A DNA stretch of 64,000 nt from a virus: positions 30,809-94,808 of IMG/VR virus record IMGVR_UViG_3300031576_000013. One strand, 5' to 3'. Numbering within the stretch: position 1 is the stretch's first letter; each line of letters begins with the position of its first letter. The notes under the pieces were generated by a model. It made no database searches. It was given only the letters and a program-made list of their open reading frames with translations, and was not told the origin of the DNA. Below, in pieces: positions 18,101-26,667 of the stretch. Made by a program: the position numbers and the translations under genes.

Positions 18101-19725
18101 CCTTCGATTTCGAGCCAAATCGGCGGCTGTAGGGACTTCACGGCGGCGAACACGCGATTCGGCGCGTTCATTGGTTTATTCCAGTACGAGCCCTCCATGT
18201 TGAAGGTGACTGCGAGTCGTTTGCCTTCAGGTACGGTGTCTACATCAGGCACTTTTCCTGCGCGCTGGATCGCAAGCGTGAAACCCGTGAGGAAATCCTC
18301 GCCGGTCTTGACACGGAAATCTCCGTGAACCGACCGACCTCTGAAATGACTCTGGAATACGGCCGCGCGGGGTTCTTCCTTTTCGGGATAGATCAGGATT
18401 GGGTTCTGCTGCTTCTCGGCGTCTTCGTCGCGCATATCGACGACGCGTTTTTCGGCGACGGGATGGACGACGAGATCGTAGAGATCTACGTAGCTCGTGT
18501 ATGGACCGCAGCCACCGGTATCTGGATCGGAGTCGTCATGGAATTGAACTCGCTGCGAAATCTCCGGCGGTAGCATCCGACCGAGCCTGAACTTCAAAAC
18601 TTGCAGTGTCTTCTCATCAAGTGGTCCGTCGATGAGCACGTCGACGTCGTTCTTCGTTTCGCCGTTGTTCACGATCGAACCGACTAATCGAACGACCGGT
18701 GCGCGAATCAGGAAGGGCTTCTCGAAGTGTTTGAGAACTTCTTCGAGTTTGAGTGGCGGGTATTCGCCCGTCGATCCCGGATGGATCGGAGCATATCGAT
18801 CGGTCTTGCCCGCCTTCGAAATATCATCGGTTTCTTTGGTACGTGCCACGCCTGAAGGTCCAATCACGAGGGGCTTCCTGCGGCGAAGCCGACGCAGTTC
18901 GGCTTCGATTCCGAGTGGGTCTTCCACCTTGTCGACCAGCGCGCGAGCTTCGCGCGTCAGCTCGTCGTCAAAGGGGTGTTTCAAATCGCGCCGTGTGAAT
19001 TCTTCGATCATGAACGCTTCAGCGTTCACCAGATCTTCGCGGCCAACGCCTTCCGCCGACAGCTTGTCGTTACCAGCGAAAAGGCTTGCGAACGCGGCGT
19101 GCAATTCCCTGTCGAGCCGCTTGAGTTTTGCGTCATCGAAAGCCTTCAGGTTGCGAGGCGTGATCTCCGTCAGGTCGAACGTTGCGTGTTGACCCGGAAC
19201 CGTGTCCAGATCTGCCGTGGTCAGATCGCCCTCACCTTTTGCGACCGCCTCTTCTTCGAGATCGATCTCGGGGCCGTATCGCCGCCCGGGCGGTGTCTTC
19301 TTCAGCTCGATCGGAGGATCGAAAGCCCGAACCAGCTCCATCGGGATGTAGAACACCGGCTTGACCGGTTCGAACTCGGCCAGCGAGAACTTGTCGATCC
19401 CCTCACGCAGCTCCTTCGGGACGTCGTCGAGCGACGCGAACTCCTGCGGCTCTCGTAGAACCACGATCGCCCAGGCGAAGGTCGCCTTGGCCTCTGTCGG
19501 CTCGATCTCGTTTAGCAAGATCTGCGCTTCTCCGCTGCGTCCCTCTTGCTTGCGTCGAGACAGGACGCCTGCGCTCTTGTCCTCTTGAAGCCGTGCGACG
19601 AGCATTGGCGGGTCCGGCATCTTCAATACCGGCAGTGGGCCTGCCGGCATTTCGAACTTGCGCTGCTCTTCTGGGTTCCCCGGCAAGGGAACGACCGCCT
19701 CAACGTGGGCGTTCGGGGTCGACAT
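15181..19725 (-). CDS. Polyprotein: ASCH-like + NTase-like + LigD phosphoesterase-like + ATP-dependent DNA ligase + XkdF-like head maturation protease
   Basis: LVGS-x8-NDVDV; FQSHFRGRSVHGDFR; ligase motifs EPKLNGFR, LDAEF, IFDALY, EGAMLK, WAKIK; C-terminal GIVLEP..DAQND..EIRKAAH.F..H..ESY..GTW..GEFTGWSIGG. Confidence 0.85.
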   Translation of the reverse strand: MSTPNAHVEAVVPLPGNPEEQRKFEMPAGPLPVLKMPDPPMLVARLQEDKSAGVLSRRKQEGRSGEAQILLNEIEPTEAKATFAWAIVVLREPQEFASLDDVPKELREGIDKFSLAEFEPVKPVFYIPMELVRAFDPPIELKKTPPGRRYGPEIDLEEEAVAKGEGDLTTADLDTVPGQHATFDLTEITPRNLKAFDDAKLKRLDRELHAAFASLFAGNDKLSAEGVGREDLVNAEAFMIEEFTRRDLKHPFDDELTREARALVDKVEDPLGIEAELRRLRRRKPLVIGPSGVARTKETDDISKAGKTDRYAPIHPGSTGEYPPLKLEEVLKHFEKPFLIRAPVVRLVGSIVNNGETKNDVDVLIDGPLDEKTLQVLKFRLGRMLPPEISQRVQFHDDSDPDTGGCGPYTSYVDLYDLVVHPVAEKRVVDMRDEDAEKQQNPILIYPEKEEPRAAVFQSHFRGRSVHGDFRVKTGEDFLTGFTLAIQRAGKVPDVDTVPEGKRLAVTFNMEGSYWNKPMNAPNRVFAAVKSLQPPIWLEIEGRKFEAGEVGATAEEEGVIVRIARPQVTHLILKPFFAEYAVEGDQKFHGLLTFRLLVGRGDASEEEVETGRRTREGEAFWVAMFNKDLTPSVLRRRAIATKTLPPKGRSALPLGIKNAIPPEFRYWEKDKPSEVEATRNALIEAHLVTAETVQINRDFRLTLKTKKFWPSADIAPEIVEARTVEEAMDRIAATIATENATRLLKQLKAAPYTLTWQRFKGQVVIRAAPSSQVFHLFIKRGENEIEDFQLEGDPFENDKIAVIRRALTNVEADKLLAYEGDAPPGEKVHGVEFNPSKNTPSQMRILSRGKIEFLDDQRQFKKIRVRGGDLADVSDDGVFVLVAEEEAGDLWQWERGKQPSRAVPGEKITKAHEVRDVSLQDGTVIEDVQIWDPRKIKDADDKGGDRKELKPLAVFKPMKVAARKTNEFRGGELDRLHEDFATGALLDSGILVEPKLNGFRVALQKDGDRVFIITEEFFSRKTEQRNYMKNWPGVTAELAKLPGPFVLDAEFMEFVDGAATPRRDLARFRGTGVVDDANVQLQIFDALYLPDEGNITQKDQAERRRLLEAFLNKRQSSRIKLVPALGTARTHESLDSLIAKAAASPGSEGAMLKSANATYSLGGESDGWAKIKLIREVRGIVYDKHPVKDSPGVFNYFYAFGPIPEKEQGNWPNLIELAGKKYAPAGKSFNSKVKAESGDVLRIEVTEVLFNRMTAGKWKITGFTPTVIDVTDEAPMTVNEVVAMLNPDEIKKRASEPPPPLWDLGCQLQAKVSVEIEKPFAGFANFEACVADQKTRGHDEEAAHRICDALRRDYEKIVEKEATSSSTPVSKLELRPWTHAVKLFKAEETAKEERYVLGIVLEPETVDAQNDVYSSDEIRKAAHGFMERYGHIGLMHRKLIDGRVKILESYLAPLDFTVAEQPVKKGTWLLAARIVDDELWEAVKRGEFTGWSIGGTAIKEADPVYSILAAPFVT
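19668..19682 (-). repeat. Dispersed 15-bp motif, exact copy
   Basis: Near the 5' end of the polyprotein gene. Confidence 0.9.
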
Positions 19726-20086
19726 GTAGCATCTCCGGCGCCCACGCGCTTACGTGCTTCGGCGGTTCCCACAACCTCCCGTCGAGCTCATTCCGCAAAG
19801 CGACTGGCAAAAAATCCACGGCCTTGTCGAGCGACCAGTGCAGATCGCCCTTCAAGATGCGAAACCACTTGATACAGATATCGCTGCGGCGCTTCACTTC
19901 GAGCTTCGATGGATTAGTCGCTGAGACTCGCGCTGCCGCACTCTCATTTCGTTCGAGGTCGTGTTTGAAGGACAGCGTGATCGCTTTGCGCATCCCATTC
20001 AGCACGCGATCAAGCCCATTCGGCTCGTTGATCAGCGAGGCGAAGGGCGCGGGATCCGTCTGGCTGTCGTCCATAGCGGCGATCAT
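19700..20086 (-). CDS. Hypothetical protein
   Basis: 128 aa, in operon between portal and polyprotein. Confidence 0.55.
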   Translation of the reverse strand: MIAAMDDSQTDPAPFASLINEPNGLDRVLNGMRKAITLSFKHDLERNESAAARVSATNPSKLEVKRRSDICIKWFRILKGDLHWSLDKAVDFLPVALRNELDGRLWEPPKHVSAWAPEMLHVDPERPR

Positions 20087-20107
20087 ACGGATCCGTCGAA
20101 AAGATGT

Positions 20108-20362
20108 CTACGTCAGCGTGATCAAACCGGTTTTCAGCTTCAATGCCACGCGGATGCCTTCGCCGTCTCTGGAGATTATCGCGTCAACTTTTCCCAGGCA
20201 CTCTGGGCATACAACCATCGCGACCCCACCGCCGTATCTGACGGTCACTTGTGTCTCCAGCACGCTCACCCGTTTGCACGCACGACACGCACCGACTCCC
20301 AGCGCTGCTGCCTTTTGCGCAGCTACAAAATCCGCGTACCCGGCCGGCCGATCCCCCGTCAT
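20108..20362 (-). CDS. Small zinc-finger protein
   Basis: CRAC...CPEC; ATGA overlap with the portal stop. Confidence 0.55.
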   Translation of the reverse strand: MTGDRPAGYADFVAAQKAAALGVGACRACKRVSVLETQVTVRYGGGVAMVVCPECLGKVDAIISRDGEGIRVALKLKTGLITLT

Positions 20363-22146
20363 TTTTCAGGTATCTCCTCGCCGCCAGTTCCTATTCCGGC
20401 TAACCGTTTATCATCGCCAGCTTCCCTGCGCCCCTGTGCGTGCCCGTTTGGCTCCTGGCGATGTTCGGCCCGGCCTTCCGAGGCGATTTGACTTGTCAAA
20501 GCTCGAATCCTTCCAGCCACGCGCTCCCCCTCTTCTTCTGGATTCCTTGATGGGGAACCTTTTCGAGCTTCCTGAAGGGTCAACTTGAAGGGCTGTTGTG
20601 TCCACGGATCTGTCAAAACTGGCAGTTCGCGGTTGAACACGTCGGTCGCTAGCGCGCGGCCCTCAGCTGGTGTGAGAACGCCTGCGTCGGAGAGCGTAGC
20701 TACGATCTCGGCCAGCACTTCGGGATCTTTTGTCGTCGGAGAGTTGGACTCGAATTTCCAGAAGGAGATGTGAAGTTCAGGCAGTAACTTTCTATTTATC
20801 ACTTCGTCGAACTGGTTTCGCAGCGGGGTGAAGACTTGATCTTCAGCTAGACGCAATGCGGCAAAAGCCGTGGCGCGATTGATCGCCCGGTCGCGCCCCA
20901 CCAAAATTCGTGGCAATCGGAAGCTCGACCCGATTTTTTCCCAGTTGCCCTCGTCGTAGTTTTGAAACAATGCATCTTGCTGCTGCGCTTCGCGTAGCGG
21001 GACGAACTTCATCGACGGGACGATTCCAGACGTACCTCCGGTCGATTTTTGGCCTTCGGCTTCGAGGACAAGAATCTTGTGGAAGTTTTTTCGTCCTTTG
21101 ATGTTGCTCTCGATGAACTCCTCGATGCGCGGCACAACCCCTTTAGCAAGCCGTCCGCCAGCGACGAGCAGCGCAAGCGGAGGGACGGTCTTGCTCTGGA
21201 AATAACTGAGGTTCACCTCGTCCAGTTCCCGGGAACCCAGAACAGCGGGTAGATTGCCGATCCATTGAGGGACTCCGTAAGTGGAACCAGGCGTCGGGAT
21301 TGCGAAGTGCAAAATTTCGTTGGCGGGTGCGTCCAGTGGCGGCTTGTCGGGATCGGCTTCGAGTGCTGCCGGCGACGCATAAATCTTGCCTGTTGCTCGC
21401 GAGACGGTGCGTGGGTCGCCGAATTCTTTGAAATACGCCTTGATCTTGCCCTGAATCGGATCGATCTCGGCGAACTTGCGAAAGAATCGGCGTTGAACGA
21501 CTTCCGTCGTCGAGATGCGTGTGGTTGGAATGCGTTCTTTTGTCTCAACAGGGATCGGATCGAGGGGCAGCAAACGCATCGTCACCGACGGTGCGAGCAC
21601 CAACCGCGCCGGCATTATTCTGTTGTCGCGTAGGATTTCCCAATATGCGTTTCCAGTCGTCAGCAAGTCTCGACGTGTTCGAGAGCGCAGCTCGACGAAG
21701 GAGTAATCGGGGCAACAGACGGCAAAGAAGGTACGCAGGCGATTGATTTCGATGCGCGCAACTCTGCGTAATTCTTCGAGTTTTGCACGAACGGCTTCGG
21801 AATCCGGCTCGACGAACGGCTCGCGGCGTTCCTCGCTTAGAACCAACCGTTCGACGATCATCTCGTCCCGGATATCGGCTTCGGCACCAGGCCGTGTGAG
21901 GTCAATTCCGGCAGTGTATTTGTGGCCGAACGCGTCGACGTTCGTGACGATCGCCTCAATATGCTGAGACAGCGACGACGAAAGCTCGTAGAGCTGAAGC
22001 AGCGTTTCGGGCGCGTACTTCGGTTCGAGGACGCCGGTTACGGCCTTTCCTTTTTGAGTGAGCGCTGTGAGCCACTCCACGGTCGAGACGGGGGCGTCCC
22101 TAAAGGTCGCCTTTCCAACGACGTTTTTCTCTTTCTTTTTCGGCAC
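20359..22146 (-). CDS. Portal protein (PBSX/XkdE-like)
   Basis: DLLTTGNAYWEI.R, FKEFGDPR, NEILHF, YGVPQW, FRLP..LVG...NRATA. Confidence 0.93.
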   Translation of the reverse strand: MPKKKEKNVVGKATFRDAPVSTVEWLTALTQKGKAVTGVLEPKYAPETLLQLYELSSSLSQHIEAIVTNVDAFGHKYTAGIDLTRPGAEADIRDEMIVERLVLSEERREPFVEPDSEAVRAKLEELRRVARIEINRLRTFFAVCCPDYSFVELRSRTRRDLLTTGNAYWEILRDNRIMPARLVLAPSVTMRLLPLDPIPVETKERIPTTRISTTEVVQRRFFRKFAEIDPIQGKIKAYFKEFGDPRTVSRATGKIYASPAALEADPDKPPLDAPANEILHFAIPTPGSTYGVPQWIGNLPAVLGSRELDEVNLSYFQSKTVPPLALLVAGGRLAKGVVPRIEEFIESNIKGRKNFHKILVLEAEGQKSTGGTSGIVPSMKFVPLREAQQQDALFQNYDEGNWEKIGSSFRLPRILVGRDRAINRATAFAALRLAEDQVFTPLRNQFDEVINRKLLPELHISFWKFESNSPTTKDPEVLAEIVATLSDAGVLTPAEGRALATDVFNRELPVLTDPWTQQPFKLTLQEARKGSPSRNPEEEGERVAGRIRALTSQIASEGRAEHRQEPNGHAQGRREAGDDKRLAGIGTGGEEIPEK

Positions 22147-22533
22147 TTACAGTGGCCGAGCGCGCAGCGCTTGTGAGACGCGGATCTTTACAGCCGTCGC
22201 CGTAGTTGCGGTCGCGTCGATTCGGATGAAGGCCACGGCGGCTTCGCCCAACTCGAAGATTTCCGCGAGATCTTTTTTGACCGTGAGCTTCGGACGCCGA
22301 ATCCACACGTTGTTGATGCCGTCGCGAATGAGCGGTTCGAGATCCAAGGTGTCGGTCAGAGCACCGCCGGTACCCGTCCAGTACACGAAGATCTTTTCCG
22401 CCCCTTTCGAACTGAACGCGACGGCCAATGGAAAGTTCGCGTCGCTCAGCGTCGTAGAGTCGGCCGCAGCTGCACCTGACAGAGAGCGGTGCTGTAGGAA
22501 ATAACCTGGACGATCGAGTGGCTGTTCTGGCAC
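22147..22533 (-). CDS. Hypothetical protein, first gene of head operon
   Basis: AAGGAG SD before GTG; abuts the portal start. Confidence 0.6.
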   Translation of the reverse strand: MPEQPLDRPGYFLQHRSLSGAAAADSTTLSDANFPLAVAFSSKGAEKIFVYWTGTGGALTDTLDLEPLIRDGINNVWIRRPKLTVKKDLAEIFELGEAAVAFIRIDATATTATAVKIRVSQALRARPL

Positions 22534-22551
22534 GAGAGACTCCTTATCTGA

Positions 22552-22616
22552 AATCTACAGCACTTACATAGGTCTTTGCAACGGCCCGACTTTTCGATAA
22601 GGTATGATCGCGAATG
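22552..22616. promoter_or_regulatory. Divergent promoter region between head operon and fibre cluster
   Basis: Plus strand GGTATGAT-5 nt-ATG (22614); minus strand TTGCAA-18-TAGATT upstream of 22533. Confidence 0.5.
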
Positions 22617-24719
22617 TCCGACCAGTTCTTTCTCGGCTCGGTTTTTGTGAATTCCGACGCCGGAACTTTGACGCAGGGCGACGTAGTCGTTTTCGACTCG
22701 GCGACCAACGGAGGAGTTAAACGAACCAGTATCGCAGGCGCGTCCAACACCGCTGGTATCGTCGTAGACGGCGGTCCGACGGCGACTCAAGTTTCGATCG
22801 CGACGATTGGTGGCCAGCGAACTCGCATAAAGGTCGCTCTCGGTGATGCTATCGCGCGGCTGGACAAACTGGTTACAAGCATCACGCCGGGGGTAGCAAA
22901 AGTTGACAACACCGCTGGGCTGGGCGCGGTCTTCGCTGTAGCGATTGAGGAGAAAGCGTCTGGCGACGGAACGGAAGTCGACGCGATTCTGCTTCCTTTC
23001 GGGATTGGGGCTCCGACAGGTGGACCGGTCACGGGCAGCGGCGTTGGAACCCGTGTCGCTTTTTGGACGCCTGTCGGGGCGACGACGGATCTAGGCAGCG
23101 ATCCGAGTCTTTACTGGGACAACACAGCCAAGCGCCTTGGTATCGGTACAACCACGCCGACAACCGATCTGGAAATCAAGAACGTCACAGCCGGCCCGAA
23201 GATCACGCTGCGCGCTGCTGGAGATATGATTGCAACGCTCTCGGTCGAGAGCGACGCGACGGCCAGTTTTGCCGTTTTCGATCCGGCGGGAGGTAGCACT
23301 GATCTGCTACTCAACGCAGACAACAACATCGTCGGAAACACTCCAGCCTACCAATTTTCTCCCAACGGCCCGACGGTAGATGCGAGCTTCGCTTCACAGA
23401 TTACGACGCTGATCAATTTCGCAACTTATGATAGCGCGATCGCCCGGACAATAACCAACGCCGCTACGGTCGGCATCGCAGGTCCGCCTGTTGCCAGCGG
23501 CAGCGTCACCATAACGAATTCGTATTCTTTGTGGTCGCAATCCGGAAATGTGCTGATCGAGGAACCCGCCGACACGGCCATACTTACGGTCAGAGCGTCA
23601 GGTTCCAGCAATTCGCGTGTAGTCGTTCATTCCGTCGCCGACATTGCCGAATTGATACTTCAGGGTCCGGCTGGCAATGCGGCGATGTTTTTGGACGGAA
23701 ATATTCTTCAAACCACCCTCAATACGGGCGGTAGTGTGCCTGACATCCAGGTGCACAGTGGTGGAACTTCCGTTGCTACGTACCACTATGCAACGATCAG
23801 CAATACACCCCTTGCTGCGGGAACAGTAGCTGAACGCCATCAGTTCCTCATCGATCCCACTAATTATAGTGGGACTGGCACGATCACCATCGCAGCCACC
23901 TTGACGGTTTATGGCCCGCCTACGGTATCTGGAGGCGGCACCATCACGAACCCCTTTGCATCATGGGTTCGCGACGGCAGCGTCAGATTCGACAGCGTTA
24001 CGGGCGCGGCCAAAGTTTTCGCAATCGATCAGAAATCTGGCGCCGGAAGTTGGACTGTTGCATTCCAAGATAGTGCCGTAACTCAAGCGGTAATCTTCTG
24101 GAGCACGTCTGAAGTAACCTTTCAGACCGTACCTGAAAATGTAGATCTCGTCCTCGGCGCGTCCGGCGACGCGACGTTGACGATCGAAGGTCCGAACAAC
24201 CACTCGCTCGTAATGGTGGGCACTCAGCTTTCGCCCAATGCGCCGACCGGGTATTTCTATCTGCGGACGATGGCGGGAAAACCTGTCAGTTTTCCAACCA
24301 GCGAAGGCGACAGCGCAGTTCCACTCGTCGTCGATACCGTCAACAATCGATTCTGTTTCTATTCGAGCGCTGCGTGGCATTGCATAGGTGGCACGGCGGT
24401 TGAGAACTTCGACATCATCAACACCGATTCGACGCTGCTAACCGCCGATCACGACACGATCGTTCGCACGACCAGCGGTACCATAACTGTCTTTTTGCCG
24501 CTGGTAAGTTCAGTTCCTAAAGGTAAGATGATCCGAGTTCGCACACGAATTGGCGCCGGTGACGTGATAATGACCCGTAGCGGCACCGACGTAATATCGG
24601 GTTCTACGGGTAATTCTCAAACATCGGAGACTTGTTCCGGGGCGAGCAACGTCTTGCAATTTATCTCCAACGGTCCTGCAACCGGCCGTTGGGATCTAAT
24701 TCAGCGCGACGGAGTTTAA
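22614..24719 (+). CDS. Fibre/spike protein with N-terminal cement-like domain
   Basis: Thr/Gly/Ala-rich beta protein; LYWDNTAKRLGIGTTTP fibre motif; TVFLP...GK tail. Confidence 0.7.
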   Translation: MSDQFFLGSVFVNSDAGTLTQGDVVVFDSATNGGVKRTSIAGASNTAGIVVDGGPTATQVSIATIGGQRTRIKVALGDAIARLDKLVTSITPGVAKVDNTAGLGAVFAVAIEEKASGDGTEVDAILLPFGIGAPTGGPVTGSGVGTRVAFWTPVGATTDLGSDPSLYWDNTAKRLGIGTTTPTTDLEIKNVTAGPKITLRAAGDMIATLSVESDATASFAVFDPAGGSTDLLLNADNNIVGNTPAYQFSPNGPTVDASFASQITTLINFATYDSAIARTITNAATVGIAGPPVASGSVTITNSYSLWSQSGNVLIEEPADTAILTVRASGSSNSRVVVHSVADIAELILQGPAGNAAMFLDGNILQTTLNTGGSVPDIQVHSGGTSVATYHYATISNTPLAAGTVAERHQFLIDPTNYSGTGTITIAATLTVYGPPTVSGGGTITNPFASWVRDGSVRFDSVTGAAKVFAIDQKSGAGSWTVAFQDSAVTQAVIFWSTSEVTFQTVPENVDLVLGASGDATLTIEGPNNHSLVMVGTQLSPNAPTGYFYLRTMAGKPVSFPTSEGDSAVPLVVDTVNNRFCFYSSAAWHCIGGTAVENFDIINTDSTLLTADHDTIVRTTSGTITVFLPLVSSVPKGKMIRVRTRIGAGDVIMTRSGTDVISGSTGNSQTSETCSGASNVLQFISNGPATGRWDLIQRDGV

Positions 24720-24723
24720 CGAC

Positions 24724-25419
24724 ATGGGCGCTTTCAGCCATACCAATTGGATTTGCGGCGAAATTTATTCGCGCGCTGTTCAATTCGTAGGCGCTGCACA
24801 AAGCGTGGGCCTTTACTTCGACGACTACATCGAGACCGAATCGCAACATCCGTTTGGCTGGGCGGCACAACTCGCGGCGGCTGGTGCGCTTGTTTTGCCC
24901 GCAGCAAGGTTGTCCGGCGTGATCCAGATGTCGTCCGGTGCGACGGCCTCGGGTGCCGCCGGAATTGCATCCGCCTCGCCGCTGGCCCGTTCGATCGGAA
25001 CGTCGAAGTGGTACTGGGCCTCGCGGCTGCGATTCACGACAGCGATCGACGCACAGACTTTCATGGGTGTTGGGTTGGCGGACGCCGTTTTGAGCCCGAC
25101 CGACATTTTTACGATCGGGATCCACGGGGACATCTCGACGGTCAACTTTACCGCGCGGCAGGTTGGTGCAGGAACCGCGTCGATAGATCTCGGCGTCGCG
25201 ATCGACACGAATACTTGGCATCTGTTCGAGCTTTACTGCAAAAGCGATTCGACAATTTATGCACGTGTCGATCGTGGCACAGAACAGTCGGTCGCGATGG
25301 GTACGTTGCCGTCCGCCGAGGATACGTTCGGCTTTCTCACGGCGAGGAACGGCTCGACGGCAGCCGATCGCGTCATGCAGGTCGATTACAGCGCTTGTCT
25401 ATATCCGCGTGATTCATAA
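24724..25419 (+). CDS. Virion protein, lectin-like beta sandwich
   Basis: YFDDY, NTWHLFE, MQVDY pattern; lies in fibre cluster. Confidence 0.55.
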   Translation: MGAFSHTNWICGEIYSRAVQFVGAAQSVGLYFDDYIETESQHPFGWAAQLAAAGALVLPAARLSGVIQMSSGATASGAAGIASASPLARSIGTSKWYWASRLRFTTAIDAQTFMGVGLADAVLSPTDIFTIGIHGDISTVNFTARQVGAGTASIDLGVAIDTNTWHLFELYCKSDSTIYARVDRGTEQSVAMGTLPSAEDTFGFLTARNGSTAADRVMQVDYSACLYPRDS

Positions 25420-25442
25420 ACCAATAAGGTCAAGGTGATCAA

Positions 25443-25865
25443 ATGAGCGAGCACAAGATCAAAGAAGAGAATCGAACGAAGATGTTCAAGATCGGCTTTT
25501 CGTTTCGCGAGCGTGTGGTGCTCGCGTTACATCTCCTTCAGAACATCAAGCCCGCTAACCGAAGCGACCGCAAGCGCTTCGATACGCTATTCAATGATTT
25601 AGGGCTGGATGACATCGCTGAACGCCTCGATGGCGGCGGTGGTATCTCTCCGAAGGAGACCCAGCGGCAAGATGTCACCGTTTTCGACGTCACCGGTGAA
25701 GTGATTGATTACCTGTATGAGAAGCTGGACGGCCCTTCGAATGGTCCAGCTACGTTGACGATCGCCGACATCGAGCGTCGAATCGAAGACGTCAAGGCTG
25801 ACCGCTATACGCCTCCTTTGGCCGAGAACCTTCCATCCGAAGAAGCGGCGCCAGCGCCGTCGTAA
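25443..25865 (+). CDS. Hypothetical protein (possible fibre chaperone)
   Basis: 140 aa, charged, with SD; in fibre cluster. Confidence 0.55.
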   Translation: MSEHKIKEENRTKMFKIGFSFRERVVLALHLLQNIKPANRSDRKRFDTLFNDLGLDDIAERLDGGGGISPKETQRQDVTVFDVTGEVIDYLYEKLDGPSNGPATLTIADIERRIEDVKADRYTPPLAENLPSEEAAPAPS

Positions 25866-25892
25866 CCGTCCTTCAAAAGAAAAAAAGGTGGT

Positions 25893-26660
25893 ATGGCGCG
25901 CAGCCTGATCCGCAACCTCACTCAGCTGCGAAGCGACTTCAAGGAGTCGTGCAGGGTTGCCACGACTGCCGCGTTGCCATCGTATGTGGCGTCGGGCGCC
26001 GGCGCCACCAAGACTCTTACGGCTTCTTCGACCGGCGCGCTCGTCATCGACGGCATGACGTTGGCTGTGAATGACCGCGTTCTCGTCAAAAACGAAGGCG
26101 GCGGCATCCATGTCGACAACGGCATCTACTACGTTTTTGCTACCGGCAGTGTGATCACTCCGTGGGAACTGAAGCGTACGATCGACGCTTTCGATGGCGC
26201 GAATTTCTCCGGGGGCGTCTTCACGGTCGTCGAAGAGGGCGTACTCAACGCGGAGACGGCCTGGATTCTTCGAACGAACGGTGTGATCGTCGTCGACACG
26301 ACTGCGCTCGAGTTCGTCGGGATGTCGGGGCAAACGCTCGAATTCGATCAGGGGCTTCTCAAAACCGTTTCGACGGTTAAGATCGAACTCGATGCGACGG
26401 CGGATCTGGAAGGAGTAGGCGCGGGGGGCGGTAGTTCGGGCCTTGAATTCGACGTAAACACCGCTGTCGGTAAACTTCGACTCGCTGTGGACCCGACCGG
26501 CGGTGTTCAACGAAACGCGTCCGGAGCAGCCGCCAAGCGCGACGGGAATTCGATCACGAGCAGCATGTTAGGACTACGTGTCAATTTCGACGATATCGTG
26601 CTAGAAACCGACGGCAAGATCGTGATCGATACCGGCGGAAATGTAGTAACCTTGACGTAG
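25893..26660 (+). CDS. Fibre-associated protein with CRVATT domain
   Basis: KESCRVATT...DRVLVKN...NGIY...W.LKR domain shared with 26668 and 29917. Confidence 0.7.
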   Translation: MARSLIRNLTQLRSDFKESCRVATTAALPSYVASGAGATKTLTASSTGALVIDGMTLAVNDRVLVKNEGGGIHVDNGIYYVFATGSVITPWELKRTIDAFDGANFSGGVFTVVEEGVLNAETAWILRTNGVIVVDTTALEFVGMSGQTLEFDQGLLKTVSTVKIELDATADLEGVGAGGGSSGLEFDVNTAVGKLRLAVDPTGGVQRNASGAAAKRDGNSITSSMLGLRVNFDDIVLETDGKIVIDTGGNVVTLT

Positions 26661-26667
26661 CGCAAAA

